From contig JAVLKG010000005.1 of the NCBI GenBank assembly GCA_032128875.1, positions 64,001 to 128,000 of the forward strand: a stretch of DNA of 64,000 nucleotides. The letters run 5' to 3'. A program made the translations under genes and the position numbers. Source of the DNA: Candidatus Melainabacteria bacterium 17Bon1m (GTDB taxonomy: Bacteria; Cyanobacteriota; Vampirovibrionia; Obscuribacterales; Obscuribacteraceae). Shown in pieces: positions 28,994 through 39,223 of this stretch (the first letter of the stretch is position 1; every line of letters begins with the position of its first letter). The notes beneath the pieces were generated by a model, which did not search any database, had not been told where the DNA came from, and was given only the letters and a program-made list of their open reading frames with translations.

Positions 28994-30814
28994 ATGAGCG
29001 TACGTAAAAGGTGGGGGCTGACGATCACCATCGCCGGCCTCGCTGCACTCGTCTGCTTTTTCTTCGCCCCTGACTCGCTCAACCCCTTCGCGCGCACCGT
29101 TGCGCTCAAGGGCCACACGCCTCCGGCTGTGGGTGAGTCGCAACTGGTCAGCCATGCTGACCCAAATGAAGTTCAGACTGTGGTCATCGGTCTGGCACTG
29201 AAGAACGAAGCAGATCTCGAAAAACTGATCGACGAGCAGGACGACCCCAGCTCGGCGAACTATCAGAAGTATCTGACCACCGATGAGTTCAAGGCCACCT
29301 ATTCGCCGGACCAGGCGGACGTGGACGCGGTTACTGACTGGGCGAAGAATAACGGCTTGACCGTTGTCGACGTCAGTGATAACCGCACCCTGATCGAAAT
29401 CGAAGGGACCACTGAGCAGTTCGAGAAGGCCTTTCAGGTCAAGCTCAACCGCTATCGTCTCCAGCGCGCCGGTGTCGCCGGTGGTGCTGTCGAGTACACC
29501 TCAAACGCGAGCGATCCTCGCATCCCGAGCCATCTGAGTTCGATCGTCCAGTCGGTGATCGGCCTCAACTCAGCGGCTAAGTTCGAAAGCCGTATGCGGC
29601 TGGCGCCGACTCAGCCAATCAGTCACATGACCACGCTGCAGTCGCACGCCAACCCGTACGGACTCGGACCGAAGGACGTCGCCAACGTCTACAACTTCCC
29701 CAACAAGAACAACCGCAACGCCAACGTCAACTACGACGGCACTGGGCGCACGGTTGCCATTGCCACGGCCTACACCTACAACCAGTCGGACGTGGACAAT
29801 TACTGGAAGCAGTACGGCATCGTCCGCACCGGAACCATTCGCAACATTTACATCAAGGGTCAGGCGACGCAGGCCGACGGTGAAACCACCCTCGATCTGC
29901 AGCAGCTCGGTGCTCAGGCGCCGGGTGCCAACATCCTGATGTACATCGCCAAGGATCCGGCGTTTACCAAGTTCACCAAGGTGTTCAACCAGATCGTCGT
30001 CGACAACGAAGCCGACGCGGTGTCGGTGAGCTGGGGACTGTGCGAAGTCTGGACTGGCAGCCGCCAGATGAAGACCGAGCACAACATCTTCCTGCAGGCG
30101 GCCTCTCAGGGCATCGTCATCTTTGCCGCTGCCGGCGACGATGGTGCTTACGATTGCCGCGGCATGAAGAAGGTCGAATACGCGGTCGACTACCCGTCTT
30201 CCGACCCTTATGTCACCGCTGTCGGTGGCACCGAGCTCCACTACTCCAACGGTCGCCGCACTCGCGAAGAGGCGTGGACCGGCACGGGTGGTGGCAAGTC
30301 GAGCAACTACAAGCGCAAGAGCTGGCAGACCGGTCCCGGCGTCCCGGTTGGTGACGAACGCGTCACCTCCGACGTCTCGATGGCTGCCGACCCCGCCACG
30401 CCATACGCAATCCTGTTTGAGGGCAACTGGATCGCCTCGGGCGGAACCAGTATCTCTGCTCCCAACTGGGCGGCTCTGTGGGTAGCATCCACTCAGGCTG
30501 CAGGCAAGCGCATCGGCTCAGGCAACGCTCGCATCTATCGCATGGGCAACTCCGCCGACTACGGCACGCTGTTCTACGACATCACCAAGGGTGATAACGG
30601 AGACGGCCGTGGCCCGGGCTATCCCACCGGCACTGGCTGGGATCACCCGACTGGCTGGGGGGCGCCCAATGGCGTGAACATCGTCGATTGGCTGGTCAAG
30701 GACGTGAAGCGTCCGGCCACGCCGAAGGCGGTTCTGCCCACCGCTCCCGCTGTTATTGCTCCCGAAAAGAATCCCGGCGACACCAAGGCGCCGGCGACCA
30801 CCGAAGGGCAGTAA
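28994..30814 (+). CDS. S53 sedolisin/kumamolisin-type protease with pro-domain
   Basis: Pro-domain (DPSSANYQKYLT..F), ETTLD (E-x3-D), AAGDDG, GGTS, GWDHPTGWGAP. Confidence 0.92.
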   Translation: MSVRKRWGLTITIAGLAALVCFFFAPDSLNPFARTVALKGHTPPAVGESQLVSHADPNEVQTVVIGLALKNEADLEKLIDEQDDPSSANYQKYLTTDEFKATYSPDQADVDAVTDWAKNNGLTVVDVSDNRTLIEIEGTTEQFEKAFQVKLNRYRLQRAGVAGGAVEYTSNASDPRIPSHLSSIVQSVIGLNSAAKFESRMRLAPTQPISHMTTLQSHANPYGLGPKDVANVYNFPNKNNRNANVNYDGTGRTVAIATAYTYNQSDVDNYWKQYGIVRTGTIRNIYIKGQATQADGETTLDLQQLGAQAPGANILMYIAKDPAFTKFTKVFNQIVVDNEADAVSVSWGLCEVWTGSRQMKTEHNIFLQAASQGIVIFAAAGDDGAYDCRGMKKVEYAVDYPSSDPYVTAVGGTELHYSNGRRTREEAWTGTGGGKSSNYKRKSWQTGPGVPVGDERVTSDVSMAADPATPYAILFEGNWIASGGTSISAPNWAALWVASTQAAGKRIGSGNARIYRMGNSADYGTLFYDITKGDNGDGRGPGYPTGTGWDHPTGWGAPNGVNIVDWLVKDVKRPATPKAVLPTAPAVIAPEKNPGDTKAPATTEGQ

Positions 30815-30947
30815 AAACTGCGATTACTTATTCCGAACCACAAGAAGAAAAGGCCGCGAGGGCCCCCGGACGAATGTAGACAGTCGACGCATGGCGTCGA
30901 CCCTACGGGTTCTCCGGGGGCTTTCGCCAGCCGCCAGTGGAAAAGTA

Positions 30948-31535
30948 ATGTCATACAAATACCGAGTAGCTGTCGTTCTCGGCAGTGGATTGAAAGCTGA
31001 CGGCAGCGCTACTCCAGTCACGGAGATTCGTGCAATTGCCGCGGCTGAATTGCTTGCAACCAAGGGGCGGATGAAAATCATCTGCTCAGGCTCACGCCCC
31101 CCGGACGACAAGGGTGAACACGGCACCACCGAAGCAAAGGTGATGGCCGATATCATCGTTGCTCAGGGCATCTCGGCGAAGCGCATACTTCTGGAAGACC
31201 AGTCTTTCGACACTCTGGGCAACGCCATCTTCACGGTGGATCGTTATCTCAAGGGCAAGAAGGGCGGAACGCTTTACGTGGTCACCTCGCCATTCCACAT
31301 GGAACGCGCACTGTACCTTTTCAGGCACGTGCTCGGACCGAAGTGGACGGTGGTCGCCCACGCATCGCCCGAATGGTCAAAGGAAACGCGCCAGCCTGGT
31401 GCACCTGCTGCTCTCAAACGCGCAGAGGAATTCTGTGCGGGTGCTGAGCCGGGTGATCTTGCCACTCTGAAGAAGAAGCTCTTCGAGCTGATTCCAGCGT
31501 ATGTCGGCAGGACCGAGTCGAACAAGGTTGCATAA
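30948..31535 (+). CDS. YdcF/DUF218-family protein
   Basis: VVLGSG, IICSG, TEA..MA, ILLEDQSFDTLGNA, VVTSPFHMERA. Confidence 0.88.
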   Translation: MSYKYRVAVVLGSGLKADGSATPVTEIRAIAAAELLATKGRMKIICSGSRPPDDKGEHGTTEAKVMADIIVAQGISAKRILLEDQSFDTLGNAIFTVDRYLKGKKGGTLYVVTSPFHMERALYLFRHVLGPKWTVVAHASPEWSKETRQPGAPAALKRAEEFCAGAEPGDLATLKKKLFELIPAYVGRTESNKVA

Positions 31536-31873
31536 TCGAAGCGCGTAATTCGCGTGATCTGGTCTAAGGCACACAACTGTGTGTTTCTCAAAAGGGATAC
31601 CTATGCCATCTTCTGTTCTCTCGGAAACGGGCAGCAGTTGTAGGTATGCATGTGTCGTTCGCAAGAATGCATATGCCGGAGTTGGTTGGAAAGTTGTGGA
31701 GAATATGTAGGTGAGCCGATTTCGGCAACCTCAGTTCTCTCGACTTTTCAGCCTCTCTGCTTTGTGCATGCTGCTACTATGTTAAGTAGTAAACATCCTT
31801 TACACCCAATCGCGCAGCCTTTCTCACGTCCTGGGAGTTGCACGAGGGTTGCACGCAGAGCCGATTATAAAAC

Positions 31874-32563
31874 CTAAGTCAGTGCTTCAAGATCGCACTC
31901 GATAACATAACCGGATGAAGGAATTGTTTTAACGAAATCCTCTCGGGACGCTGTTCCCAGCTTCTTGCGCAGGTTGCGCATCCAGCTTCTGACCGTATCA
32001 GTGGTCGCCTCATTTTCTGACGGCCACACGGCATCGAGCAGATCCTTTGAGGAGTAAACACGATTTGGATGGCGCATCAAGTATTCCAGAAGTGCGGATT
32101 CCTTGGGCATCAAGCGCACTTCTTGTTCTCCAATTCTCAATTTATGCAAGCTGGGATTGAGCATAATATCGCCAATTCTGAGCTCGTCAGGAAGAAGAAA
32201 CTGTGGGCGGCGCATGATTGTTTTCAATCTTGCGGAGAGTTCACGCATGTCAAAAGGTTTTACCAAATAATCGTCGGCACCTATGCCAAGCCCTTTTTCC
32301 TTGCTTTCAATGTCCCCTTTACCAGTAATAAAAAGGGCCAGGGACATTCCGCCGGCCTGTCTGTGACGCTTGAGCAGTTCGAGACCCGAAAGTCCGGGCA
32401 AATTCCAATCAAGCAAAAGCACGTCGTACTTGAAGTTGGAGAGCAGCTGCAAAGCGTCTTCGCCTGTGCCTACTCTTTCCACCTGATAGCCCTGGTCTGT
32501 AAGCCAATCGACTACTTGATTAGCCAGCTGAGGGTCGTCTTCAACTACGAGCAGTTTTGCCAC
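31874..32563 (-). CDS. OmpR/PhoB-family response regulator
   Basis: LLVVEDD, LLDWNLPG (phospho-Asp), GADDYLVKPF, winged-helix C-terminus; likely GTG start. Confidence 0.93.
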   Translation of the reverse strand: MAKLLVVEDDPQLANQVVDWLTDQGYQVERVGTGEDALQLLSNFKYDVLLLDWNLPGLSGLELLKRHRQAGGMSLALFITGKGDIESKEKGLGIGADDYLVKPFDMRELSARLKTIMRRPQFLLPDELRIGDIMLNPSLHKLRIGEQEVRLMPKESALLEYLMRHPNRVYSSKDLLDAVWPSENEATTDTVRSWMRNLRKKLGTASREDFVKTIPSSGYVIECDLEALT

Positions 32564-32668
32564 GATCAATACCAGTTTTTAACCCGTTCGAGTATAGCAA
32601 GGCGGAAGCTCACACTTGGCATTGAGTTTCTACTATTATCTAAGTGACCTTTATTGCTTGTTTATCAA

Positions 32669-34516
32669 ATGTCTGCAACTATTTTTACGCAAGTGCCGGT
32701 AGCAAGAAAGTTGTTGCTGCTTGTTTTGATTCCTTGCTTATTGCAGGCATTTTTCGTATGTGTTCTTGCTTTCATTTTGCAGAATGCGCAGAAAGAGTTG
32801 CGGGCTGTTGAGCATCAGAGAAACGCTCTTATCAGCTTGAAAGCCGCTGCCGGTGATGCGATTCTTGCGCTTATGCGTATTCAAGATTCGCGCCAAAAAT
32901 CAAATGTAGATGTTCATGTCGAGCTGGACAAGCTGAACAAGACGTTTAGAGAGGGCGACGGCATTGTCAGTGATCTCAGCGTTGAGAATTATCCCGAACT
33001 CGCAGACATCATTAAAGACGCGAATGATATGCAAGGAGACGTAGAGCTCCTCTTGAAGCAGGCGCAGGAAAACGTCAATAAAGTCAATCCTAAGACAGGC
33101 AAGAAAATAAAGCGCACGAAGCTGGTCGAGCGCACTTTGCTTGTTTCGACAATTCTGAATTGTCAGGCAATCGCCAAGCGAATCGTCGATGCTGAAGGCA
33201 GCACAAAGCAGTCTGACGTGGAGCGCGTCAACGCTGTTCAGAAGTCGGTCACTACTGCGATTTTTACGGTGCTTGGTATTAACGCACTGATCACGCTTCT
33301 CTTTCTCTACTTCTTCACCTCTGATATCGCGACCCGTTTGAAGATTGTTGCGAACAACACCCACAAGCTGATGCTTCCGAATTCGTCATTGAATCCTTGT
33401 CCCGGAGGCGATGAGATTGCTGCTCTCGATGCCTCGCTGCGGAAAGTGGCTCAACGGCTAGAGGAATTTCGAAAGCAGAAGTTGGCGATTTTGGATAACG
33501 CCATTGATGTTGTTTTCACACTCGATGAAAAATTCAGAGTTGAGGCGGTGAATAACGCCAGCCGTGAAAATTGGGGGCTTTTGCCCGATGATTTGCTGGG
33601 GCGAAATTTCCTTTCGCTCTTCACGCTGGACTACAGAGAATCAATCGGCAATCAGATTGCCGCATTGGCGCTGGAAGACTCGGCGCAGAAAAATATCGAG
33701 GCTGCAGTGGCACTACCCTCAGGTGCTGTCAAAATCTTCGAGATCACGCTGACAAAAACGCCAGAATCTATCGGTTTTACCGGTGTGGCACGCGACATAA
33801 CTCAGCAGAAAGCGGTCGCAGAGTTGAAAGAGCGTTTGCTTGCGATTGTCAGTCACGATTTGCGAACGCCGCTCGCGTCACTCTCAATTACGATGTCTGT
33901 GATTGTTGAGGGCAAGCGTATTGCAGACCCTGAGCTGCAGAAGAAACTTGCATCAATCGATTCATCAATTCAAAACGTCATGGCCCTTACTCATGACTTG
34001 CTCAGCTTTGAAAAGCAAGAGGCAGAACTATCAAGCATCGGTTTTTCGCGCGTTAAAGCTTATAACGTATGGTTGCAGCTAAAGCCGGTTTTGCAACCGC
34101 TTTGCCGAGAGCGCAATGTCCTGCTGAAAGGACCGTCTTCGGATGCGGAATTTCTCGCTAATGAAGACAAGCTTGTCCAAGCGACAAGCATAGTCGCAAG
34201 AACGGTCTTGAATTTTGCGCAGACAGATGCACAAATCAGTTTCATTATCGAGAAGGATAATGCTGTCGGCCGCATCAGAATTTTGCTGGATAATTTGTCG
34301 CAATCTGTCGGACCCGGACGAGCATTGGCAGAGCGTCTGCGTTGTGTCGAAGATGAACATATGTTCGACCCCGAGCACATCTCTATTGCAATAGCCAGAG
34401 CAATTGTCGAAAAACATCGAGGGCAGTTGATTTTTGCCGGCGACGGCAAAGGAGCAGAGCCGGGCGGTTTTGAAATTTCGCTCCAGCTTCCTTGCGTGGA
34501 GGAGGTTGAAGAATGA
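32669..34516 (+). CDS. Membrane PAS sensor histidine kinase with intact H-box and degenerate ATPase domain
   Basis: 2 TM, HAMP-like GGDEIAALD, PAS, SHDLRTPL; N/G1/G2 boxes replaced (RTVLNF, DNLSQ, PEHISIAI). Confidence 0.82.
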   Translation: MSATIFTQVPVARKLLLLVLIPCLLQAFFVCVLAFILQNAQKELRAVEHQRNALISLKAAAGDAILALMRIQDSRQKSNVDVHVELDKLNKTFREGDGIVSDLSVENYPELADIIKDANDMQGDVELLLKQAQENVNKVNPKTGKKIKRTKLVERTLLVSTILNCQAIAKRIVDAEGSTKQSDVERVNAVQKSVTTAIFTVLGINALITLLFLYFFTSDIATRLKIVANNTHKLMLPNSSLNPCPGGDEIAALDASLRKVAQRLEEFRKQKLAILDNAIDVVFTLDEKFRVEAVNNASRENWGLLPDDLLGRNFLSLFTLDYRESIGNQIAALALEDSAQKNIEAAVALPSGAVKIFEITLTKTPESIGFTGVARDITQQKAVAELKERLLAIVSHDLRTPLASLSITMSVIVEGKRIADPELQKKLASIDSSIQNVMALTHDLLSFEKQEAELSSIGFSRVKAYNVWLQLKPVLQPLCRERNVLLKGPSSDAEFLANEDKLVQATSIVARTVLNFAQTDAQISFIIEKDNAVGRIRILLDNLSQSVGPGRALAERLRCVEDEHMFDPEHISIAIARAIVEKHRGQLIFAGDGKGAEPGGFEISLQLPCVEEVEE

Positions 34517-36318
34517 GATTCAAGAACAGTTTGGTTCAGCAGGGTGTGTTCGTAATCGCCTTTCCTCTGATTTGCCAAGTCATCGTTGTCTTACTTCTTG
34601 CCGGCAATGTAGAGCGCATTCGTGATGAACAGCTGAAAACTGCCCACGCGCGAGACATGATTAGTATGTCGCACAGTCTGGTTCTTGACACCATACATAG
34701 TGTCTATGAGATGCATGTTGACTCGGAGCAAGTAGGAATGCTCGGGCAGGAAAGCAGTGTTCGAGAGACTTCTAAGATAGCCTTGGCAATTGCTGAAATG
34801 AAGAGAAAGGCGGAAGGGAATGCAGTCGAGTCTCGTCTGATGCTTTCGGTTGATTCGTCAGCGAGCGCACTTTTAGAGTGTCTGAGTTGGGCGGCTGTCG
34901 AGCAGGGAAAAGGTCGTGAGAATTGGAAGAGAGTGAACGACCGGTGCTACGAGACGATGAAAGAGAGTTCAAAAAATTTCGTCCAATCTTTGGAAGAACT
35001 TATTGATTCGCAAGAGCCTCTGATAAAGAAGGATACAACTGCCGCTAACAGTCAAGTGGTGCTGGTTCTCTTCTGTTTCGCTTTGATCAATTTTTTACTC
35101 GGTTTAGGCTTGGGCTTGTTTTATATCTCTCGGATTACAGGTGCGCTAAAACGTGTTGATGAGAACCGCATTCTGCTAGGAGAGCGCAAACCGTTATTGC
35201 CTGAAATATCAGCCCACGATGAGCTTATGCAGCTAGATCTTGCGGTTCATTCCGCCGCTGCCTCTCTTACAGCGGCGTTTGATGCAGGCGCTCGCATGAT
35301 TCGCGAAGCCGGCAATCTCATCTGTTCTCTCGACAATGATCTGTTGTTTCTTGAGGCAAACCCTGCTGCGAGCAAGATAATTGGGCTCGAATCAGAACAG
35401 CTGGTAGGCAGATCGTTGCGTGAGTTTGTCGATGGGGAAGTTATCGAAAAATTTCGAGAGGCTCAAAATTCTAGGGTCGAGTCTAAGCTGGAAGTGATTT
35501 TAAACAGAGCGGATGGTTCTAAGATCCACACGCAATGGGCAGTAAAGCCAGGTGATGCACCAGTGGCTCTTTTCTGTGTGGTTCAAGACATTACTGAGAA
35601 GAAACGCCGAGAAGGGCTGCGTCAGCGCTTTCTCGATGCTGTTCGCTCCAGCCTGCGCGCACCGATCGCTTCCATTGCCGACGCATTGCAGCAAGTGACA
35701 AATTCTGACAAGATTGCTGAAAGCGAGGGAAAGGCGCGCAATGACCTGGTTCGCGCTAATCGAAGTGCACGCCAGTGCATATTGCTTATTGACGTTCTCC
35801 TTGATGCGCAGAGTGCCGAGTCGGGGACGATTAAGATAGAGCCGTCGTCTGTTTCCTTTGGTCAGGTTGTTAATGACTCTATAGAGCTGGTCAAGAATAT
35901 TGCTGACAAAAAAGGGGTGGAAATTGTCCGCGAGTTGAAGGAGCTTGAGATTGTCTGTGACTCGTTCAAGGTGACACAAACAATCGTCAATTTCTTATCC
36001 AATGCAATTAAGTTCTCGCCTGAGGGTGGGAAGATCTTTGTAGCTATCGAGGATAAGGGTGACGCAGTCGAGGTTTCCGTCACAGATGAAGGTCCTGGGA
36101 TTGCGCAAGAATATCGCGAGAAGATTTTCAAACCGTTTGTCCAAGTACCCGGTGAGAAAGCGAAAGAGGGAACAGGACTGGGACTGGCTATCTGCAAGCA
36201 AATCATCGAAGGGCATCGAGGCGAGATTGGCGTGCGCCAGTCGTCTCGCGGCGCTACTGGCAGCACTTTCTGGTTCCGATTGCAGAAGAGTTTTGACGAA
36301 AAAGTTCTTGCGAACTAG
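34513..36318 (+). CDS. Membrane PAS sensor kinase with intact ATPase domain but no phospho-His
   Basis: H-box reads VRSSLRAPI; intact NFLSNAIKFS, DEGPGI, GTGLGLAICK and GSTFWF; ATGA overlap with the previous gene. Confidence 0.85.
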   Translation: MRFKNSLVQQGVFVIAFPLICQVIVVLLLAGNVERIRDEQLKTAHARDMISMSHSLVLDTIHSVYEMHVDSEQVGMLGQESSVRETSKIALAIAEMKRKAEGNAVESRLMLSVDSSASALLECLSWAAVEQGKGRENWKRVNDRCYETMKESSKNFVQSLEELIDSQEPLIKKDTTAANSQVVLVLFCFALINFLLGLGLGLFYISRITGALKRVDENRILLGERKPLLPEISAHDELMQLDLAVHSAAASLTAAFDAGARMIREAGNLICSLDNDLLFLEANPAASKIIGLESEQLVGRSLREFVDGEVIEKFREAQNSRVESKLEVILNRADGSKIHTQWAVKPGDAPVALFCVVQDITEKKRREGLRQRFLDAVRSSLRAPIASIADALQQVTNSDKIAESEGKARNDLVRANRSARQCILLIDVLLDAQSAESGTIKIEPSSVSFGQVVNDSIELVKNIADKKGVEIVRELKELEIVCDSFKVTQTIVNFLSNAIKFSPEGGKIFVAIEDKGDAVEVSVTDEGPGIAQEYREKIFKPFVQVPGEKAKEGTGLGLAICKQIIEGHRGEIGVRQSSRGATGSTFWFRLQKSFDEKVLAN

Positions 36319-36533
36319 CCACGTCTTTTAAACTAAATTTTTGAACTTAGCCAGGAGTTTCTATCTGAACTCCAATTAGTGCGCTCGCCGCAACGGCAAA
36401 CGGGTGCGTCGTTTTCGTGTGTTCAAGATTTGTTCAGTTGCCGGGCCGTACATTGCTGTCATCGAAGGCGGACTTCCCACCGCGAATGCAATAGCCCCCC
36501 TTGCACCCTCTTGCTACTTGGAGCGTTACTAAA

Positions 36534-37655
36534 ATGGCACTCGATACTCCTGTTTCGAACAACCCTGAAACTGCCGGCAGAGAATTTGCCACCAGAATCA
36601 ACGACGCCGTCAACCGCAATGATTCTAAGCTCTACAACGAAACGATGACCGGGATCAACGATTGGTCCAAAGCTAATGCTCCCTCATTGCATGGCAAATT
36701 TGAAGAGTCACTGATTGGCAATGTAGATTTGAAAACTGCTGCTTTGTATGAAACCAAGGAGAATTTCGGCAAGATTGACACAAACAACGACAAACGCGTT
36801 AAGCCTGATGAATTGTCTGCTTACACAAGCAAGCCTGAAACCAATGCACTTCAGAAGGCAATGGTTGAGAGGGAAATTCTTCCTCAGTACGAAGCTATCG
36901 CGAATAACAGCCGAGATAGATGGGGCAGCTCATTCATGCGTGACGATCATATTCGCTCGGTTGACCTGGCCAAAGGGCTGGAAACCGCAGCCTTGAACCG
37001 TCCAACACCAAACTTAAATGAGCAGCAAGTAGCCGAGAAAATGAAGGCGCCATCGTTTAAGGCGGAGTCTGACCAATTCTTGTCGGACAAATTCAGTGCA
37101 ATCGATACAAGCAATAACGAAAAAATAGACCAGACCGAATTGCAAACCTTCCGCGATGATCCAAAGCGCAATTTGTTGGAAAAGGCATACGCCGACAATG
37201 TTATGCCAAGATTCAGCGAACTTGCAAATACGAGCAAAGACAACCTCTTGAGCGGTTTGGGGCGCGCTGACACTGAGATTCGCAAGGGTGATCTGCAACA
37301 AAGTTTGGCAGCTGAATATGCAAAACCAGAAGTTCAGGCTGCGCTTGCCGAGGCTCGTAAACCTGAATTGCAGCCTAGCGACAAAGTACTGGGACTGGCC
37401 ACTGTTCGCAGAGGCGAAGGACCCTTCCACTCAGCTGAGAGGCTTTTGGCAGCTGCAGGCGGCAAGCATGATATTGACGAGGTTCGCGCTCTGACAAAGG
37501 CTTTGAAGAACATCTACAACGAAGAAGGTCACGGAGACCTCAAAGACTTGCGAGTGAAACACGGTTTTATCACGAAGGAAAACTTCAATAAGCTCGTAAA
37601 TACTGTGGATAACGAAGCCGTTAAAGAAGCGCTTAGAAAGCTGGCAGCAGCATAA
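36534..37655 (+). CDS. Protein with two EF-hand-containing repeats and a LysM-like C-terminal segment
   Basis: IDTNNDKRVKPDEL and IDTSNNEKIDQTEL in duplicated modules; ATVRRGEGPFHSAERLL. Confidence 0.6.
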   Translation: MALDTPVSNNPETAGREFATRINDAVNRNDSKLYNETMTGINDWSKANAPSLHGKFEESLIGNVDLKTAALYETKENFGKIDTNNDKRVKPDELSAYTSKPETNALQKAMVEREILPQYEAIANNSRDRWGSSFMRDDHIRSVDLAKGLETAALNRPTPNLNEQQVAEKMKAPSFKAESDQFLSDKFSAIDTSNNEKIDQTELQTFRDDPKRNLLEKAYADNVMPRFSELANTSKDNLLSGLGRADTEIRKGDLQQSLAAEYAKPEVQAALAEARKPELQPSDKVLGLATVRRGEGPFHSAERLLAAAGGKHDIDEVRALTKALKNIYNEEGHGDLKDLRVKHGFITKENFNKLVNTVDNEAVKEALRKLAAA

Positions 37656-37798
37656 ATATTACAAGTTGAGGGAAGGCTGAATTCCGGCGTGGGCTAACGT
37701 CGGAATTCTCCACTTTTTCCAAAAAGTTAGATTTCGAGAGTTCAAACCAAACTGTTGGTGAACCGCTTCAGACCGGGTAATCTTAATTTGTTACGCGG

Positions 37799-39223
37799 TT
37801 GGTTTTTTCTGTGCGCTCTGCGTTTTACATATTTTCTGCCCCCCTCATACATTCCGCGCTTGTCGCGAGCTTATTTTTGCCGCCTTTCTCCGCTTTTCCC
37901 GTCTCTGCAGCCGTTAATTCTCCAGAGCCGGATGCGGCTGGGCAGGACACCGCCGCCGATGCGAAGGTGACTGAACTGTTGTTGAAGAGTGCCGGCGTGA
38001 AACCAATCAAATACGCGGATGAAAAGGCGCGTTTGCTTGATTATGTCCATCTGGGAAAGTTTTCCGATATTCACAAGATTTGCGATTCGAGAATTGCCAG
38101 CGGGACTGCAAAAGCTTATGAGTACCAGGCTTCAGCATTGGCGTGGTTGTATCAGATTCAGCAAGGCTCCGGAAAAGCCGTTCGTCTGTGTGAAGTAGGT
38201 TTGGAACATTACCCCGATGACCTTGACCTGTCATCAACGCTGGCTGTTTCTTACGCTCGCAATTTGCAGTGGCTGGCGGCACTCAAGCAATCTATCAAGG
38301 TTCTCGATGTTGATCCGAAGAACGTTCCGGCGCTTACCGTGAAAGCAATCTGTTTGCACCGTGGTGGTCGGGAAGACGCAGGTTTATTGCTTTTGCGGCG
38401 CGGGCTAGCCATCGATCCCGGCAATGAAGAAATGAATATGTTGATTGTGTTTTACGCAAAGATACGGCATAAGCGCGATGACGTTTACGTTGCGTTCGAT
38501 CGCTGGAGTCAGCTTAACCCACGCTCTGCTGTAAGCTACGCGCTACGCGGAGAGTATCAGTATGACGACTCCATACAAGATGCGGCAATGAAGAGTTTTC
38601 AAAAAGCGGTGTCGTTAAACCCTGAATACGTCACGGCCTTATACAAAATGGGCAAGTTGTACTGGAACAAGCAGAGCTGGTCTGCAGCCTGTGCGGCATT
38701 GCTGCGGTATGAAAAGCTCGGCGGACATAACGAAACTGGAATTGTGAAACTGCACGATTGTTTGATACGGACTAAACAGTATAAAGAAGCAGTCCGCATC
38801 GGTGAAATTGCTATTGAGATGCTGCTGGGTGAAAGTTCAAGAAGGGAAGAAGCGCTTGGCGTGCCGGGGTTTGCTGTAGTGCGCGAGTCGTCTTTGTTTG
38901 TAGAAAGTCAGGTGAAACTGGCAATCGCTTATTTCTACACAGGCGAAATTGCAAAGGCTACAAAACTTGTGAATGATGTCTTGAAAGCCCATCCGGACAA
39001 CGTCCCGGCACTTGATCTGAGTCAAAAAATTGCTTTCAAAAATCAGAATTATTCATCTGCCATAAGCACGCTGTCAAAATTAATAGTGATCGATGGCGAT
39101 GTTCAAATGTGGTATCAAATCCGCGCGGAAGCTTATAAGAAGCTGGGCGAAACTCAGAAAGCACAGAAAGATTTGGCGATTGTCGATTGTCTCGACAGGA
39201 CTGGAAGACTTCCCACCCAGTAA
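37799..39223 (+). CDS. TPR-repeat protein
   Basis: Many TPR units (A..LNP, LDVDPKNV.AL, AIDPGN); start uncertain. Confidence 0.85.
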   Translation: MVFSVRSAFYIFSAPLIHSALVASLFLPPFSAFPVSAAVNSPEPDAAGQDTAADAKVTELLLKSAGVKPIKYADEKARLLDYVHLGKFSDIHKICDSRIASGTAKAYEYQASALAWLYQIQQGSGKAVRLCEVGLEHYPDDLDLSSTLAVSYARNLQWLAALKQSIKVLDVDPKNVPALTVKAICLHRGGREDAGLLLLRRGLAIDPGNEEMNMLIVFYAKIRHKRDDVYVAFDRWSQLNPRSAVSYALRGEYQYDDSIQDAAMKSFQKAVSLNPEYVTALYKMGKLYWNKQSWSAACAALLRYEKLGGHNETGIVKLHDCLIRTKQYKEAVRIGEIAIEMLLGESSRREEALGVPGFAVVRESSLFVESQVKLAIAYFYTGEIAKATKLVNDVLKAHPDNVPALDLSQKIAFKNQNYSSAISTLSKLIVIDGDVQMWYQIRAEAYKKLGETQKAQKDLAIVDCLDRTGRLPTQ

